The notes beneath the pieces were generated by a model that did no database searches, had not been told where the DNA came from, and saw nothing but the letters and a program-made list of their open reading frames with translations. This document shows, piece by piece, positions 61,615 through 64,000 of a stretch of DNA of 64,000 nt. The translations under genes and the position numbers were made by a program. The stretch's first letter is position 1. Every line of letters starts with the position of its first letter. The stretch is from Malacoraja senta (lineage: Eukaryota), in the NCBI GenBank assembly GCA_038087875.1, contig JAXLNO010000081.1, positions 124,001 through 188,000 on the forward strand, read 5' to 3'.

Positions 61615-61925
61615 TAGTTTGTTAAGTTGAGAGCGACAGCGTGGAAACAGGCCCTCCAGCCCACTGAGTCCGCACCGGCCAGCGATCATCCCACACACTA
61701 TCACTAACTTACACACACACACAAGGGACAATTTACAATTTTACCAAAGCCAATTAACCTACAAGCCTGTACGTCTTTGGAGTGTCGGAGGCAACCGAAG
61801 CACCCAAAGAAAACCCATGCAGGTCATGGGGAGAATGTACAAACTCCGTACAGACAAGCACCCGTAGTCAGGATCGTACCCCTGTCCCTGGCACTGTAAG
61901 ACAGCAATTCTACCGCTGCGCCACC
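61615..61925 (-). mobile_element. V-SINE (HE1-like)
   Basis: Reverse of the ggtggcgcagcggtagaattgctg head, V-domain and tail. Confidence 0.8.
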
Positions 61926-63119
61926 ATATTGTCACTGCATTAGTATTGTCTTTTGAAAGAAAATATTTAGAGTTGCATTGTGGAAACAAGCCCTTTGGTC
62001 CACTGTCCACTTTGACTAGTGATCACCCTGTACAATATCCTACACCAGGAAACTATCCTACCAATAAACCTATCCACTCTGTCACTGCTCCGCTGTGCCA
62101 CTGAAGCTACTTTCTACATTGTACAGGAATACGTAACAGCCTTGTCTCAGCTCCCTTCTACTACAGTACTTTGCAATAATCTTTGATCAATATTAGCCTG
62201 AGAAAATATTCCAAACAATACCTGGTGGAACAGGTCACCGACTGGAAAGATAATCTTATCTGATCAACGGCAATTGCCAAGGCCTTGATTAAATAAATGA
62301 TAAATTGCTGTAAAATGCTGGATAAGGCATGACGGCAAAACATTTGCCAGAGGTTAAAGTGTTTAAGCTTACAGTGTAGGAGGTGGAGCAGGAGGAGCAG
62401 TCCGTGTATCCAAAGACTTGTCCCACCAACCATTGTCCTTCGTTCTTTCCCTGCTCCCATTGCGAGAATGGTACAGAGTTTGATAGCTCGCACCACCAGA
62501 CTCATGCTCAGCTACGTCCCCTCTGTTATCAGGTTTTTAAATGGTCCTTCCATAAGTTAGGGTATGGTCCGATTCACCTCTACCCCATTGTGGACATTGG
62601 ACATTGTCTATAGTCCTTCCATAAGCTAGGATGTTGCCCGATTCACCTCTACCCCATTGCAGACAATGGACTCTGTCTAAATGATGTGCCACAATGCTGA
62701 GAACTATATTCTCCTGTCTGTATCTTCCCTTTTGCTCTACATATTGTATTTGACTTTGACAAGATTTTATTTATAGTTTAGTTTAGTTCAATTTATAGAT
62801 ACAGCGTGGAAACGGGCCCTTCGGCCCACCGGGTCCGCGCCAACCTATCCGCACATTAACACTATCCTACATTCACTAGGGACAATTATTTTTACATTTA
62901 TTAAGCCAATTATAGTATAGTTTGGTTTATTGTTACGTGTACCAAGGAACATTGGAATTTTGTTGTTGTGTGTTATCCAGCTTCATCCCATCTATTATCA
63001 GGCTTGTGAACAGTTCTTCCATAAGCTAGAGTTCTGTACGATTCACCTCTGCTCCATTGCTGACATTGGTCTTTGTCTATGGAACTGGTGTGCTGCCATA
63101 CTGAGAACTGCTTGATTAC

Positions 63120-63468
63120 TTTAGTTGAGTTTAGTTGAGTTTAGTTGAGTTTAGTTGAGTTTAGTTTAGTTTAGTTTAGTCTGGCAATAAAGCAGGGAAA
63201 CAGACCCTTCAACCCACCAAATCCGCACCGACCAGCGATCCCCGCACATTAACACTATGCTATATTAGGGGAAACTTTTACATTTACCAAGCCAATTAGC
63301 TTACAGACCTGTACGTCTTTGGAGTGTGGGAGGAAACCGAAGTTCTCGGAGAAAATCCACGCAGGTCACGGAGGGAACGTACAAACTCCCTACAAAGAGT
63401 ACCCATAGTCAAGATTGAACCCAGGTCTCTGGCGCTGTGAGGCAGCAAAAGTACCGCTGCGCCACTGT
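63120..63468 (-). mobile_element. V-SINE with (CTAAA/CTCAA)n tail
   Basis: cacagtggcgcagcggta head on the minus strand; (TTTAG/TTGAG)n at 63120-63180. Confidence 0.8.
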
Positions 63469-63589
63469 GATGCCCCTCTTCTGGAACAGAATGCAGAGAG
63501 TCGCCACGTTCCAGCGCCATCTTGCAAATTCCAAGACATTGAAAAATCTGATCTTGCTCAAGGAGATTTGCAAGTTCGAATATTCTCGC

Positions 63590-64000
63590 TGTTGTTTTCA
63601 GATCTGGGCACCATGTTGCAGGAAAGATGTTGTCAAGTGTGAAAGGGTACAGAGAAGATTTACAAAGTCGTTGCCAGGACTCGAGGGTCTGAGCTATAGG
63701 AGAGGTTGAGCAGGCTGGGACTCTATTCCATGGAGCGCAGGAGGATGAGGGGGTGATCTTTTCGAGGTGTTTAAAATCATGAGAGGAATAGATCAGGCAG
63801 ATGCACAGAGCCTCTTGCCTAGAGTAGGTGAATCGAGGACCAGAGTGCATAGATTTAAGTAGTAGGGGTTCTTAATAGAAATCTGAGAGGTAATTTTTTT
63901 ATACAAAAGTTAACGGGTGTATGGAACATGCTGCTAGAGGAGGTAGTTGAGGCAGGAGCTATCCCAACATTTAAGAAACTGTTAGATAAGTACATGCATA
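63590..64000 (+). mobile_element. CR1 3' fragment running off the window
   Basis: WAPCCRKDVVK.ERVQRRFT. Confidence 0.85.

Noticed and set aside
62530..63115. Three ~65-bp repeats (tccataag.tag..gattcacctct..ccattg)
   Set aside because: Internal repeats of what appears to be a LINE-derived 3' UTR fragment; no exon or RNA-gene features.

Overview
Vertebrate genomic DNA, almost certainly elasmobranch (skate, ray or shark), inferred from its HE1/V-SINE-like SINEs, HER1/CR1 LINEs and abundant Penelope pLTR fragments. Most of the window is decayed transposable-element sequence: CR1, L1/Tx1, Rex-Babar/L2-like, Penelope, a Gmr1-type Gypsy, two DIRS elements, a non-autonomous Helitron and SINEs, plus an AACTC-type satellite. 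Nearly all ORF-track entries are TE fragments or noise. The main signal is invisible to the ORF track: a minus-strand host gene made of tiny phase-1 exons. A signal-peptide exon at 38837-38888 behind a TATA-like box is followed by exons of 24, 21, 30, 132, 36 and 36 nt down to position 4599, plus one 36-nt copy with a dead acceptor. They splice in frame into a secreted Gly/Tyr/His-rich low-complexity protein (MSCLCILLVILIAATAVDS-HPIVYGGNHGGYYGNLGGYGRYNRYWPRVGGHNGYSSYNGYGGHHGHGGHGGPGGYGWYHAYGPDGCGGSSGYDKNGGYGGSSGYDKNGGY...). No stop was found, so it probably continues off the left edge, and it appears to be growing by tandem exon duplication. Also notable are many Penelope-derived minimal hammerhead-ribozyme motifs and a roughly seven-level nested retroelement stack at 42.3-59 kb. 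All calls are by eye; no database searches were run.
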